Source of the DNA: Phallusia mammillata
Lineage: Eukaryota
Assembly (NCBI GenBank): GCA_965637545.1
Contig: OZ281494.1
Location: forward strand, 2,728,001 to 2,792,000
DNA: 64,000 nt
Reading direction: 5' to 3'
How positions within the stretch are numbered: position 1 is the stretch's first letter; the number at the start of each line of letters is the position of its first letter. A program made the translations under genes and the position numbers. Shown piece by piece: positions 1 through 14,600 of the stretch. The notes beneath the pieces were generated by a model. That model did no database searches. It was given only the letters and a program-made list of their open reading frames with translations, and was not told where the DNA came from.

Positions 1-1
1 T

Positions 2-892
2 GCTGCCGCCGTGCGGAACTCGTAAAATGCACCCGCCGACACTCGCAACTCCACCAAGCGGACCGATGCGCTCAGTCGATACCAGAGCGTCTGCGGGCGG
101 CTTGTCTGCTTCGAGACTATGTCTACGGACGAATTCTGACAACTTCGTCGGCGTATTACGATAAGATAACAACGAAGACCGGCTGATTATACTTTCCGGG
201 CGAAAAGGCAAAGTTTTCACAGAAAACTCGCTTGCGCGCCGGGAAAGATACGTTCCTGGATTCGATACGGTGTATAAAGGAACCGGATCGTCTGATTCGA
301 ATCTCCATTGCTCGAAGTTGTCGTTCGTGCACAACGTGTCAATGCTGTACATGGATTTTGTTGTAGGTAGGTAAGATGGAATGCTTAGTGGACGGTCGAC
401 TTGGTTTATCAAGTATCTTTCAGTTAATCGGAATAACTCTACATCTGTAGCGTCACGCACAGGAGTCACATCCCCACTGTGCATCGGTGTGTTGGGCAGA
501 GTTAATTCAATGACATCTGTTGTAGTTTGGTCAGTTTTGGCTGTGGTTTCAATTTGAGCGTCATCAGAAAGTTGCTTGTCCGTAATTGGATGTAAATTTT
601 GTGGGCGTTCAATCCTTCGTACATTCTCTTCATAGTTGAATTGTTTCCTTTTACTTTTCTTATTTTTTCTTCGATTTAACGCAGTTTGTCCGGCATTGAG
701 CACCATGTTAAAATTACCATCATTGGGAAACCTCTCATTCACACTTATCCAATCCTTATTTGTATTTGTTGCCTCATGTGTAGCGCTTGAACCAGTGTGA
801 GTGCGGCGTTGGCGGGCAGCTTCCCCGGCATTTACAGCCATTTCCAAATCCCAGCTCTCGTCTTTTTGGTCCTCAAATGCTGTGTTGTCGAG
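2..892 (-). CDS. Large coding exon of an unidentified gene (low-complexity, probably disordered protein); runs off the left edge
   Basis: Minus frame is stop-free from 931 to the window edge (310 codons, checked codon by codon): LDNTAFEDQKDESWDLEMAVNAGEAARQRR...RRKNKKSKRKQF...LRVPHGGS. In-frame acceptor gatatacag| at 895-893; in-frame ATG at 841. No family recognised. Confidence 0.7.
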
Positions 893-1123
893 CTGTATAT
901 CAGGATGAGCTTCGTTGACATTGTTAAATTCTTAATGTGGATTTTGGGATCGTGTTTAAACCAGTTAGATCGGGCATTTTAAACGTGTTACGTTCTCTCT
1001 TTGTCCACTTTTTTACAAAAACAAATTCACATTTACATCATTGTTTTGTCATAATGACGCGCACTTTGTTGTTTTCCAGCCCGTACTGGTTACCATGCAT
1101 ACCACTTACGCCAACCAACTCAC

Positions 1124-2680
1124 CGTGGGTCTCACAGCTGTGACGTCATCTGAAAAAAAGAGTGAGTAACTTTTTTGTCAAAACAATAATTTAAGATCAT
1201 AAACATAAGAGATTTCCGAAGTTATATCTCTCGTTTTTTTTTGACGAATTAATTCCGCTAACCAACTTTTTACTATTTGCCTCCCCTAAAAACCCTCGGT
1301 TAGAAATCCGTTTTAACGCTATAAAAGTTTACATACAATAAAACTGCTTCTTGTGTTCAAGTTTCTTACCCTTATTTTTATTTTTGCATTTCACTACGTT
1401 TCCTTCCCAAACCTATAAAAAAAGAACAAACCGTTTAGATTTTGTTTCTTAATTATGTCTTTGTTGTTACGTTTAGTTCATCAAACACGTCAGTTTCTTT
1501 TTTCAAAGTTGCCATGCACATTAAACACTTACCTTTCTGAAGAGATGATTTACCCTGTAAAACACAGTAAGTTTAAATTTGATTTGGGTTGCATGTTTTG
1601 GGTAGCTCTTCTTCTATTTAATACGTTTGAGAAGCGAATTTATTGACGCATTAGTAAAATAAACCAATGTACCTTTTCTGGCAAATGCACTTATGTTACT
1701 GCTATATCCCAGAAAAGGACTTTGCAACGGTACGCAAAAGCGACAGTCAAAAAGCAACATAAGGTTCGTGTTTTCTCCGTACGAGCCGAAGTTCACATAC
1801 TACAAACATGTGACAGAGGCACAGAAATTGCCCATCAGTTTGCTGCTAGTTAATGGCTATTCATTGAATTCAAATGTGTATGGAACTAATGACTAATTGC
1901 GGGTTTCAATTCACTGAGGTATAGCGAAACCGTGTTTAAGTTTCGTGTTGAGTTACCCAATGCTTTATTGAAACTGCTACAAGTGTCACAATGTGCTTTA
2001 CACATTGAACTTAAAATAATTTATTGTAGTTAATTTTTTGTGCACAAATTAGGCATTGAACTTTTTGCACCTGCGCCAAATACAGTTTAATGTGCGATAG
2101 ATTTGTTTAAGTCGATACATTTATGTTTGTACAGTTTGTTCTTGCAGATTTTCGGTTTGATGTGTCAAATGTGATGAAACAGTACGTCACTTGTGACGCA
2201 ACAAACCCTTCCACAACAACAAACAATTCAATTTTTGTGGCAGTCAGCTACACCAATGGTATGTTTTTGTATGTTTTATAGTTTAACAAAGCCAAAATCA
2301 CAATAGAGAAGAATCTATCCTATTTTCAGTCACTTTGACCAGTGGCAGCATGTATACAATGCATGATTTGACCAACGGTTTGTTTGTGATTTTAAAAAAG
2401 CATGTAAATAGCGTCAGCAAACATAACAAAAAACAACAACATTTGGGGTTAAAAACTGAACTGGCTCACAATCAGTATTATACAAGCTAGAAACAGAAAA
2501 ACATATAACTACCCAATACCGTGCACCAATGTGTATTCCACAAAAAAACTTTTTTTGCAACATCTGTAGTTGTTGCATATGTTAATCAAAAACGTACAAA
2601 ACACGGACAACTTACAGTATTGCGATGACCAGGGTCACTGCCCCTCTCAGAAGCACCGCAAATGCTTCGTAGTCATCCAT
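1124..2680 (-). CDS. Candidate upstream exons of the left-edge gene: 2680-2616, 1698-1673, 1149-1124
   Basis: All junctions are GT-AG and phase-compatible (2, 1, 0), giving MDDYEAFAVLLRGAVTLVIAIL-NISAFARK-DDVTAVRPT-LDNTAF..., a hydrophobic segment followed by RK. The 1149-1124 micro-exon has strong sites (ctttttttcag / gtgagt); the others are weaker. Confidence 0.35.
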
Positions 2681-5600
2681 ACTTCAGCTTTTCATGTCGC
2701 TATATTGTCTATCTCTAACACCTCACTTACTAACAGTCACAACCAACAGCTATCTTCCTTCCAAACTTATCCAGAGGCAGCTGGCTGGGTTGTTGTTTAC
2801 AAAATAGTTAGTGGTGCGCTATAATGGTGCAACCTACGCCATACCTGTATCACGTGTGTTGTGATGTCACAATGGGCCTAAACGCGATGTGAATCATCCT
2901 CGCGCGTCAAGCCACTCGCACCAAACGCTCCAAGACAAGTAGGAGATACGGAAATTGCAATGCATGGATGGGTTACAACTGTGTTGCATGCCATGATGAC
3001 GACATTCTTTACAAAAAGCTTTTAAGATTTTCTGTTACAACTGAACTAATTTAAATTGCTGTTTTTGGTTGTTTGTCTGCCGCTAATTACAAATCCAATT
3101 TACTGCATTTCGGGCTAAACAGCAAACAGCGAATGTTTTACTTAAAGATGGATATTTCACATTTCAGTTTTTCCTCAACTGACGTCAAAACCATGATGCG
3201 ATTATTATGACGTAGAAATGTAGCGGCGTTGTGACCTCACAATAACTCTTGTATGAGTGATTGTCACACGCTGTCACAAACTTATTGATCAAACGCCCAC
3301 GTTAATGCCAAATTACGTCGCCTTTGCATGACTCCAAAACCTTGTGACGTCACACCCATCGTTTGTGACGTCACAGTAAAACCTTTGATTGGATGACGTC
3401 GATCACCTAAAATCATCGTGAAATTTAATGTTTGGAACTTAAGAGCAAATTTAATGTGGAAAGGCACCATTGCCAGGCGAAAAATTCAATCCAAATCTAT
3501 AATTAAGTTATACAATGTTTCGGGTGTATCCAAGCAATCCTGTAACCTCTAGCCAAGGACAGTGACACGGCATTGTTTCGTCATAATCGCACAGGCATGT
3601 TCATCATAACAGCATCAATATTTATGATTCGCCGCCAAACGCTTCGGCATCTGCTTTATATAAAACCGCCGCCTCGAATTTCGTGTAATGGTGTCGAATT
3701 TCTCATATTACATCAATTGGCCCCGCGACCCAGACGTATTAAAAGCGGGCTGACTTTAAAGGTAGACTGCTCTGATTTTTCACAGACTTCTAGGTTTTTG
3801 TGAATAAATGCCCCGCCCCTGTCACGCCTTTAAATGCGTCGGTGCTTATTTCTTTGCTGCAAGGTTATTTGTGCAATGAAAAAGTGTAAACCAACATCAA
3901 AAAGGATAATGTTTGAAGATGGTTGATTTAAACACATTCGATTACTGCAATAGCAGTTATCAATGTCATTGGAATCAATGTGAACAGCAAATCCTGTAAC
4001 AGTTTCATCATAATGAAGTATTTGTGGCTTAGCTTTTTAGCTGTCGTTTAATAAAAATATAAAGTGAACGATGAATTTGTTAGATACAAAAATTTTGAGG
4101 GTGAACGCAAAAAACGGTTCGATAAACGACTGAACAAGTACAATTTAGCTTAGACTATGGGTACAGAACCATTTTACTATTGTCGGTCACATAGCATATT
4201 CTTGTTTAAAGCTAAGTATAATTAAAGGCACGACCACAAGTTGTTTAAACCTTGATTTAGTTCATTTTAATGGGTAAGTCATCCGGTGGTTCCTATCAGT
4301 TTTACGCTGGTTCCTGTTCACAATGCCCTATAGTGTTCAGTTTCTGGTGCCTTATTTGTTGCGCAAGAAATTTTAGTCTTTAATTTATTAAAAATTCTTC
4401 TGGAGTCTTTGGGTTCGTATTGTTGTCTTTTTACTCAACGTTGATACTTTTCAGTTGTACATACCTCAGCCGTAATTTTCAAAACTGATATGTCAATACG
4501 TTTACCGATTGCACAACGAAAGACCGTGCTGCATTTTTGGGCGATACATTTTAGAACACATACCCTGAAAAATGATCCATGTATTGTATTGGATCATCCA
4601 ATATACCCAACGCCGGAAATATTTTTGTCGGTTCCCCTTTAAACGGGCTATAGGTGGCAATCACTGGTACTCAAGTGACAATTTATTACATCCCGCTAAA
4701 ACAACATACCTCAATGATTTGCACGTGTCAGACTGCCGATGTATTTAAGGTTCTACATACAACAGATTAAAGCGGGCGAAAGTCAGATGCGACGAGAAGT
4801 TGAAACTTTGTGCAGAGTATTAGATGAGTGATCGGTCGTAACGTTAAGACCAGTGGTTCTCAGTTTGTGGGGCGTCGAAGCTTGTTAGGTGGTACGCGAG
4901 TAGCTTTCTGTCATACTTATTTAAAGCCAACTAAGATCTGCGACTAAACTGTGGCACAATCCATGGTTTTTGACGAAACTCCTGTGTTGGACATTCATTT
5001 TGAATTGCTAGCATTTCTGTTTGTTTTTGTATTGGTGTGTAGTGGGTCTTATGTTATAGCGTCTGGTTTGCCCTTACTCGTGTAATTCCGTTAAGCCGAA
5101 GCGAAATAGTTTGTTTAAGTGGTGCAGTATTTTGCAAGATGCCAAACCGACAAGGGGTGTTATATAATCAAGTTAGTTTCCCAAACAAAATTTTCCAAAT
5201 GTACAAGCGTGTAAAGCTTAAAGAGGCTTTTTTCTTCCTATATACAGTTGTTGATAAAACACACTCCCAACCAGCAGAAGACGTGCTGATTTAGCAAGCG
5301 CGTATTTCTAACCCTATCGCTTGAAAAAAATCCTGATGGCGTTGATACTGGTGCTGACACAAACAAATGTTTTTTATGGTTTAAAGCCAACTATGGTAAA
5401 TCGCAGAATATGTTGTTTCCCGTCATTGTAGTCCGCCACGTGCAAGGCTTGTGATTTCCGACTGGTTAATCTGTTATAGTGTTGGTAAATATAACCTTAA
5501 GATCAGATTTTAACATAAACATCATGCTTGTTAAATTACAGAAGGTTTGTGTGATAAAAAAACTAAGTAGTTTCTTGCATTTACCATTTCTAGTGTTTGG

Positions 5601-8600
5601 TAGCGAGAGCTAAATTATTCCGCGGCGGGGCGCCAGAGGGTTTAACGGCCAACTCGAGTTTTCTGTAATGCAAATCGCATCTGTACAAGTTTCGTCTACT
5701 AGAGCCACACAGAAACGCTAGTGGCGTCTGAAACTGTAGATTTTTGTCTTCAACTGAACAGATATCGCGATATTCCTATACTATCAAATTGATCTTCTCT
5801 TCTTTTGTGACGTCACAAGCCGTTAAAGCCCTATTCTGACTGATCAAAGTACCTGTGTTTATTTTTGCTGTAACTGAGTTCATTCTGGGTTTTCTGAGAC
5901 GCAGTACATTGTTATAAACACAATGATAATAATCATTAACAAACATTATACCTCTAAGTTGAAACAATTGCCACTGAGACATTACCTAATACTTGCAGTT
6001 TGCACCTAATACTTGTACTTTAAACTACTATCTCCTAGCTCGTTGCTTGGTGGATGAAAACTATAATGAATCTAAAATATGTTTATTGATTAAAGATCAT
6101 GCAAAACATAAGTATATTTAAAAATAGATATGTTCTATTTCAATAAAAAAAACTGATAATGCAGTAAAGGCGACATGTATATATCGTAAAGTCTTAAGAT
6201 TTTCTTAAATTAGATATTACTTTGTGATTATCTTAAATTTGTTTTTGTGTGAATTTTTCTTTGTTTTTTTGTCACTTTGCTGTCAAGAGAATCGAGCGAT
6301 GTATAAAAAATCAATGAGATGAATCTAATTACCGACAAACATAATTGTATTGAACGATCATCGATTTGATTCCGTAAATATCCGTCGATTACGACACCAA
6401 AGTTAATTATATATGACGATATAATGCTTGAAGTTTTTTCCGGCTTTAAATACCTCCCAGAAAAAGTTTTTTTGATGCTAATAACTGCCGCTTTCCTTTC
6501 GTCACAGAAGTAAAAAAGTTACACTTGTGTAAAATCTGCAAAGTTGACGTTTTTGTAAATATGTGACAAGCCTGAGGTGACAGTATGCTGAGGTCAGTGG
6601 TTCGATTCTAGGCACAAGCTTCTTGTGATCATTTCGGTCGGTTCCGATCCGTCAAAAATGACATTTTGTGGATAAAAAAATGGATATTTTTCTGTTTATT
6701 TTTTGATATGCTTTGAAGCTTATTTTTTTGTGTCAGCAATTGGAATATGCCATTGGGACCGAATATTAGAAACCTGCGTTTTATGGACCAACTAGTTTCA
6801 CCTTCGGCGGCGTTAATACATATGGCTAAATGTTTCAATCTTTTTACCACCTATAGATCAAAATATAAGAATAACAATGACAAAAAATAATATTGAATGC
6901 GGTCTTCACGGACAAAGGTTCCCTTACCCTGGTTTAGATAAAAAACAAAATACTTGTGAACACCTCGCTTTAAACGTTTATTTTTATGATTTTAAACCAC
7001 GATTTGTGGCCGATTTGCGAAGAAATGTCACTTACTTAAATTATCTGAACTCAGTTGTTGAACAGCTAAGGTATTTTGGTGTCCGTCTATATATGTGTAT
7101 CAATGTTGATGATAGATCACAATGTTGTATCGATTCTTTTGAAGAGCGGACCTTAAGTAAACAATGTGAGTAGTTAGATCTAGTTTCAAGTGCGCAAAAC
7201 TCATTGTGGTACTGAGATAAACCGGACATTGGGATGTGTTTTATGCTTGACATGTTGCATATCAGAAACTGAAACTGTGTCGTTTTGTGACAGGAGAACA
7301 GTTAAACTGATTATATTGACCGATCACACAAGAAGTAGATAAGTTTGTGTGGTTTTTGTTATTTTGCCAGAGGTGGAACAATGTTTCATAAAAAAATCTT
7401 AATATTGTCTTGTGTGCTGAATAGAACATGTGCTGGTGAAAAAAAAACTTGTTAGCCACAGTTTCTAATTGCGAATAAAAATGGGAATGAAGCTTGTCTG
7501 TGACTTTCTAATATATAACGGTTAATGATAGCATTTCCACGAGTTATTTAGTTTGTTTCAACGCTTGTTTCGATGATTTTTGATTTTACATATGTGAACA
7601 TTTCATTGCATTTAATTTGATTTGATAGAAATAGTATTTAAACAAACGAAACACATCTGTTTTATTTTCATTTAGTCGTATTTATTTGTTCTATTTGTTT
7701 CGTAGAAGGCCATATTTAAGTTAGTTGACTGTAAGCTCCAGGCTTGGTTTTCTAACAAAAACTTTCTAAAAAGTATAAAATTTGTTAAATATATTTAAAA
7801 ATCAAAAAATGGTATATATATAATATTTCTAATAGGTTGATTGCATTTATATTATATTTCCTTTTAAAATTGTTTTATTTTCATATTGGCCTGCACAATA
7901 ACGACAGAGCTCGAAATCAAAACAAAGTTAATAATTCGAACAACGTCTTTATTACATCACAAACCGCTGCGCTAATCAGCTGGCACAATAGAGCAACGTC
8001 ACGGCGAATTTTCCCAAGCCCTCCCCCCAGTTCGAGATCACATAAATCGCGTTTTACAAGCGCTTTACACGTCTCGCGCATTTATTGCCGATTGTCGCGT
8101 ATTCGCTAATAACGGAATCTCTACGCCCTCTCGGTCCATGCAATAAGCATCGCGACGCAGAAACGATTCCTTTACAACCCGCGCACTGTCTGTGGGCTAT
8201 AATTAAACACCAGGGCGTCGACAACAATCCGGTATCAATGACGTAACAATACGATCGCGATTTATACGCCGTAGGGCCGATCGCGGTGTCATTTGCAACT
8301 TGGAGGGCCCGGATTTCATCCAGAGGCGCACAATTGTGATGGACGACCCTTAACCCCTCCCCTGAACTCTATTATTCATACACCGCGCGGTTTTATTGCG
8401 ATTACGGAAATCGCGGAATGGTGACGTCACAGTCGACGTGTGTGTTACGCAACAGGTACGAAGCGTTGATTGATTATTGTGAGATAATAATAAAAATGCA
8501 ATGTTTTAATTGCGAAAAAGCCGCTCACCCGTAACTTGACAAAATTTACAAAATATGCTTCTTACATTATTTACTTACTATTGTCTGCTATTCCTATGTT

Positions 8601-11600
8601 GAAATCAGCTGTCCATTTTTTTTCAACAACTTATCAATTCATTATTCAACAGTAACACGCTTTAACCGCATTTCTGCTATTACACAAATCTCTCCCATAA
8701 AACCCAGCATTGTTTACCCATTTTTTCGCGATTATCGCCAGTGTTTACTTTAAACATTTCCTCCGGTACCATAAGTCCTATGTGTTGTCCGAAAGTTGTT
8801 TACTTTCGAATAACGGCGGTCCCGTATGAATTATGAAGACTTCTGTAAGTCAATAAGTTAAATTATTCAAGAACTAAACAGCAAATTGTCGTGGAACTCT
8901 GCTGTCAAAACGTTACTCACAATTTGCAACTGTTTACACGATTTCGATTCGCCACCCCCCCGCAATTTGGTTAATGCCTTTTAAAAGCCAGATGTTTTCT
9001 GTAACATTTGTTTGAAACGCAGCAGTCTTGCCAATGGCAGTGACGCTTCATAGGATTAGAATCACGATTCACTTTAAATCTTTCTGAACTAATCAACATG
9101 AAAGATGAAACAGTGATAGTTAGTAGTAAGTTATGAATGTTGTATTTATTCGCACTGAAAATTCAATGTTTAAAAAACTGTTTTTGTTCGTCAGACATAA
9201 ATCCATGAAAAAAAAAAACCTACACAATACTACAAAACGAAATAAAACAATGAAATTTATCATCAAATTTTGTTTTAAGTTTATGAGATGTAATATTTCT
9301 GTGCACATTAACATAAAACCGCTAAAATCAATTCACAATTAACTGGAAAAAACATCCCTTAACTTTTTAAATAGCATCGAATTGACTCCAAGCACTAATA
9401 AACGTGGGAATTGATGTTTCCTGTGAAATAAACATTAGCTCGATACGAAACATTGCTTAATTTGTCGTCGCAGGACCGAGTGATAACATACAACATACGG
9501 CGACTGACCAGGCGACGAAAAATTCGATTTTTTTATTTTCTCGGCAATAGGATTCGAATATTATTATGAAGTCGGTGAGATATTGTTCATTATTTCCTGC
9601 GGGTCCTTGTTGTTATTTCCTTTGGGGCGCGATTGGCCGGTCTCATCGCCGAACAAGCGCTCTGCTCTCAATTTAATTGCCATGATTAAGTCGAGCGCTC
9701 ATTGATCGCCACGCCCGACCGTCTGTGACGTCAAACGCGATACGTGTTTGTGACGTAATACACCTCGACGTATGTTGTAAACTATGAACGTCAGACGTCC
9801 GTTTTAGTGGAATTTAATAACGGGGAAAAATAAGTATATTATAGTAAATAAGGTAAAGAATAATTTATATTTTTAGTCAAATTTAAGCTCTGGCTTTCTA
9901 AGGCGTCACAATTTAAAACAACATTTTGTAAGTTGGGTTAAGTACAAGTGTAACTTCTGGAATATTTAACGAACATTTTTTTGACAACAACGATAATTAA
10001 ACGTTTGAAAGGAAAAGTATCTTACAAACACAGGTTCACTAGTCTGTAGAAAACGTTCCTAGTTTTCTTCAAAACTGTTCTAATTAAAAAAAGGGTCCAC
10101 AATGACAATTTGTTTGATCATAGTGATCTTATTTCCTCTCAATGACAATGATATTGGCTGATCGCTTTGGTCCACTTAATAAGTCTAGATGTCGATTAAT
10201 CTTTACTGATATCAATATAAAAATCGATACCTAATCCATAGAGTCAGTTTTGAAGTCTTGTTTAAACAGTTTTATGGTCGATATTGTCTTGTAGGATTTC
10301 CGAAATGCTGTGAAAGGTCACTTGTGGGAAAATACGATGTCTGTGTCACAATTCACATTGAACGTTTTATGAAATTTAAATTGACTAATAACGTTACACA
10401 CATGGCTGCAAAATGCGTATTTGCAGTGGTAATACATTGAACTAGAAACGACATGCATTTATGTTTAAGTTATAATATATGTCATTATTAATGTCCAGAA
10501 TAATTGAAAAAATACTTCGCGAGTGGAAACAGTTATAAAGTTGTCTACTTAGTGTTCATAAAAAGACTAGGTCCTCTGAATGAAAGATCGGTTGCAGACA
10601 GTGTGGGCAAAAAAGCAAAATTTGTATGCTAATTTTGCCGTAGTGCAGGTCTTTATTATTAATTATGAAATATATTCTACTGAAAAGTTGATGGTTAGGG
10701 TTCAGTTTGCTTGTGTAAAACCGCGTGGTTCACATTCGAGCTCATGTGTTTATATTGTCCAGTTATTTAGAAACGCTCAATTTTGGTTATAATTTTGTCG
10801 ATGAGAAACAACCTTTATGGCGGTATATTCGTCTCTGACGATTTTGCACCGGATTTTAAAGCGCTATTTTTTGAGTGATGTAGTGGCTACGCAAACATGA
10901 ATCTAAATTTAGATGCTTGGTTGTTTCGTCTTCGTTTGTTTGTTTGTAACAAACACGCGTGTTTAGGTTTGTAGGTGGGTTTCAACCCGGTTCCGCTAAG
11001 TCGAAAGTGAGTCCGTGAAAGATTTTCGTGAGTCCGTCATCATGTCACGACATTTCACAAAAACGTTTTCATACCGGTTTCATCGTTTCCTCCAACAGTA
11101 TTTACTATTTCCAACACTTAGGTCCAAAACAAATTCCTATAAACAAAGGAAATTCTAATACCCACAAGAAGGGTAACGACCAGTGCCCAATAGCCACGTG
11201 CTTATACACTAGCCCAGATCGACCACGATTCGTATTCTTCACGACTGATGAGTTCATATCGGCAAGAGCTTTTCACACACGCACTTAAAGTGATCTCTAA
11301 TTCATTGCGACCATTTCACCGATAGCTTCGCGATAGATTAACTTTCAATACATTAGCATCCCTGTACTAACCTTTTTACACCAACCCTCCCCACCCCATA
11401 AGGCCAACGGCCTCAATTAATGCCTTGTGACGTCACAAGGCGGTATCAGTGACATCACACAGCAAGAAGTTTGTGCGAAAATAAACCAATCGCTTGTCCG
11501 ATGCCTTGTCAAGTTGGTTTGTACAACACGACGTAAATAATCATGCTTGTTTCGTCACAGGGGGCATTATGACGACCTAAGACAATAGGCCTCACGCATG

Positions 11601-14600
11601 TTTTACACTGTTTGAGAGTCGTCCCTGCGACCCAAATTCCTTTGAGGCGCCTTTTTAAATATTGATTATTTTTCTCGGTCGGTTATTGTGTACCGAGAGC
11701 AGTAAATTAAAGTGCTTGTTTATAACTGTATTAAGACATTTACGTAATTACCAAGCAATCCAGCTGCTATGCTCGCATTAAACTAAGCTTTTGCACCCAA
11801 CTAAAATCTCGGCAACTATAATAATAATAATGCAAAGTGTATTAAAGATTACGTATGTATTCCAACTTTGCATCTCCGATTTAATCCAGCAAAACTTCTT
11901 TTTTGAATAGAATCATTCTAGTATAGTATTAAAATAAAATTTCAGTTAAAGGAATATTAAACGTTTATTTTCAAATATTGCTTAATTTGTTTTACATCTT
12001 TCTACTTTTAAAACAATAATTTGTCACAACTATTGAGTAACCGATCGTCGCTTGATTTTCGTTTCGAAGGTTCAAGTTCATGGAATACATATTGAAACTT
12101 TTAAGTGCATTCGCGATTTTATCTTTCAAGTGTTTTGGAACAAAGATGCGTAACAAACGAAGAATTCTCGAACATGCGGTATTCTAAAACGCGGCAATAG
12201 GATTTGGTCGTTCAACGCAACATTTACTTAACGAATTGAGTTAATACGGATAGTGGAAGTGCAAACAAAATGGTCAAAGAACTGTTTTATAGCGAAACAA
12301 ATGGTCGCTTTCTATGAGTAGCTCCCTGTGCTGCGGTTAATTCAAACATTTTTTTGACGTTTGTGGTTATTTTTGGCAATCTGTAGTGTTTTGCAACAAT
12401 CTTGGTATTTGCAGTGTAACTATGCCAATGTCAAAATGTAGGCTTAAAAATAGAAATTAAATCAAAACGTAGGAGCTGCAAATGACTAGAAAATGTTATC
12501 AACACAAAACAATTAATGACATTTACGGTAAAACTACCTGTGAAGTGTGTTTAGTTCGTTTAAGGCTTGGCCGCAAATACCCAATCGTGTGTGAAGCCTT
12601 AGGGGAAAACAGACAGAAACCGCTTTGAAGCTTCCCAAGCTTTTGACGTGAAATAATGCGAAAATACGCCAAGGCATTGCCTTTAACCAAATAAGCAATT
12701 TTGTTGGGTTTGTCATGTAACAAAGTTATTTGTGTTGCAACAATCCTATTGGTTTCTTATGGTGGTTTCGTCAATTTTCAAACAAATTTGGGAAAATTGT
12801 TGTTTGAACGTAAACATTTGTGATGTAAAATCTGGGCCGGGGTGTTTACGTGACGTCAGATGCTTGTTGAACCCAAACTATGTAAATATTCAAACAATAA
12901 GGCTTTATTTCAAATTGTAAGTTAATGTTTTTCTTTATGACGAAAACAATAACATAATTCAAATCGACAATGGTTGATCGTTGTTGCAACGTGATAAGTT
13001 TCAAAAGCAAGTACTTGTAATTGTATTTATGTACGCATAACCATTTGAAAACGGTTTAACTATTGTCTTGCTGTAGAAGTTTGTACAAGTTGTACCCATT
13101 GTTACTCACTTGACTGCACAAAGCTCTATTCGAACTTACATTTGTTGCATAAAACCTGCTACCATACACTGTGCAAGTTTTTAGGGTTTTTTCCCGACAA
13201 GCCTGATTCCCTTGCTTCATTGCACCAAGTATGTGAAAAAACAGGAACAAGAAAGGCATGACTTGTTTGTCAGAAACCAGTTTGTCTGCGGATTCAACCA
13301 AAGTGATCAACCCGCAAAAAATACCTTCGTTGTTTTTTGAACCAAGCGTATCAACAGCGGGAATTCCCTACTAATTTTCGATGGACAGGATCAAAACGTT
13401 AAGACAATACATTGACCGTAAATCATTTATCTGTTTTAGATTAAAAAAAAACTTGTTCAAATCGCAATTGGCACAGGATTTTATGAATATAAATTAGTTT
13501 TTAAACATGGAACAACTTTATAAACAAAGTTTTAGGCATGATGTTACTTGTTATGTTAATGGTATTTTGACGAATGTTTCCTATTAGGTTAACTTTATGT
13601 AAACAAAATTTGTTTGAAGTATCTGATTGACGTGTTTTTTAATACGTTTTTTTGTGTAAAATTCTATAGTGAATATGTTTTTGAAAATGATTTGCTGTTG
13701 TCTTATGGCGACGTTGCACTCAATAAAATCGCACATAACGAGCAATACAACAATACAAATACGTGGCTGTCTTGTCCAACATATCTGCCCTTGCAATTAA
13801 AAGACGCGTCTCGCTCGCGAACCGGCCCCAACTCCTTCCCTTTTTCTTTTTTCTCTCTCTTGTCTCCTTTTCTCTACTTCGAGGCGCGGCGTTTTTTATT
13901 AATTGACTGCTAACATATATCGAATTGAAAAGAAGAACGCATAACAGCGCGATACGAGACGATGAGCAGATGTAAATGTGCAAGTGAAATCGTGGAGTCA
14001 TAACGGCGGTACAGAACCCCCAGAATCAGTCTTGGGGTCGTGTACGAGAGTTTTTCGGCAGATTTTTTTTCTCGGTTATTTGGCGTCGCGGCTTTCTAGT
14101 TGATGTTTTGGTTTTGTGTGTGGGTGTCAAGAAAAGCATGAGCTGCTCTGTGGGTTCGGTGTTTTGGTTAAGGATGGAATTTCGTATTGAGCGCTTCTGT
14201 TTGATGTTTGCGTCTTAAATAGTGGCGCGTTCGACTTTAGCAATAATTGGTAGAAATTATCAAGCATATATATCTACATTAATATTAAGGTTATTCTTAT
14301 TTTAAGTTGTTGGTAGCTTGGTCATTACTTAACGCAATGTTACAAGGTTTAACAGTTGCACTTTCTAATCTTTAACGTCTAATCGGTATATACTATAATA
14401 CAAGTATTCAGTACAGCGACAGACATGCAATGTTGTTTACAACCTGAGGAATAATGACAATAGTGTATTTCAAATTAACGCTTTGTCTAGAATTGAAGAA
14501 GTCTTTGGTAAATTGCCTAACATTGGTTAAGACATAACAAGAAGTGGTCGATTGAATTGAATTAGCTGAAATTGTCTACAGCTGCCTCTTCACATATCTT

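Noticed and set aside
4851-4880. hAT-like terminus CAGTGGTTCTCA
   Set aside because: No matching right TIR, TSD or transposase found.
6570-6615. tRNA-like B-box GGTTCGATTC
   Set aside because: No cloverleaf or A-box could be built; at most a SINE remnant.
11245-11280. CTGATGA motifs outside the PLE (also near 20465 and 39217)
   Set aside because: No stem II plus GAAA arrangement, so not hammerheads.
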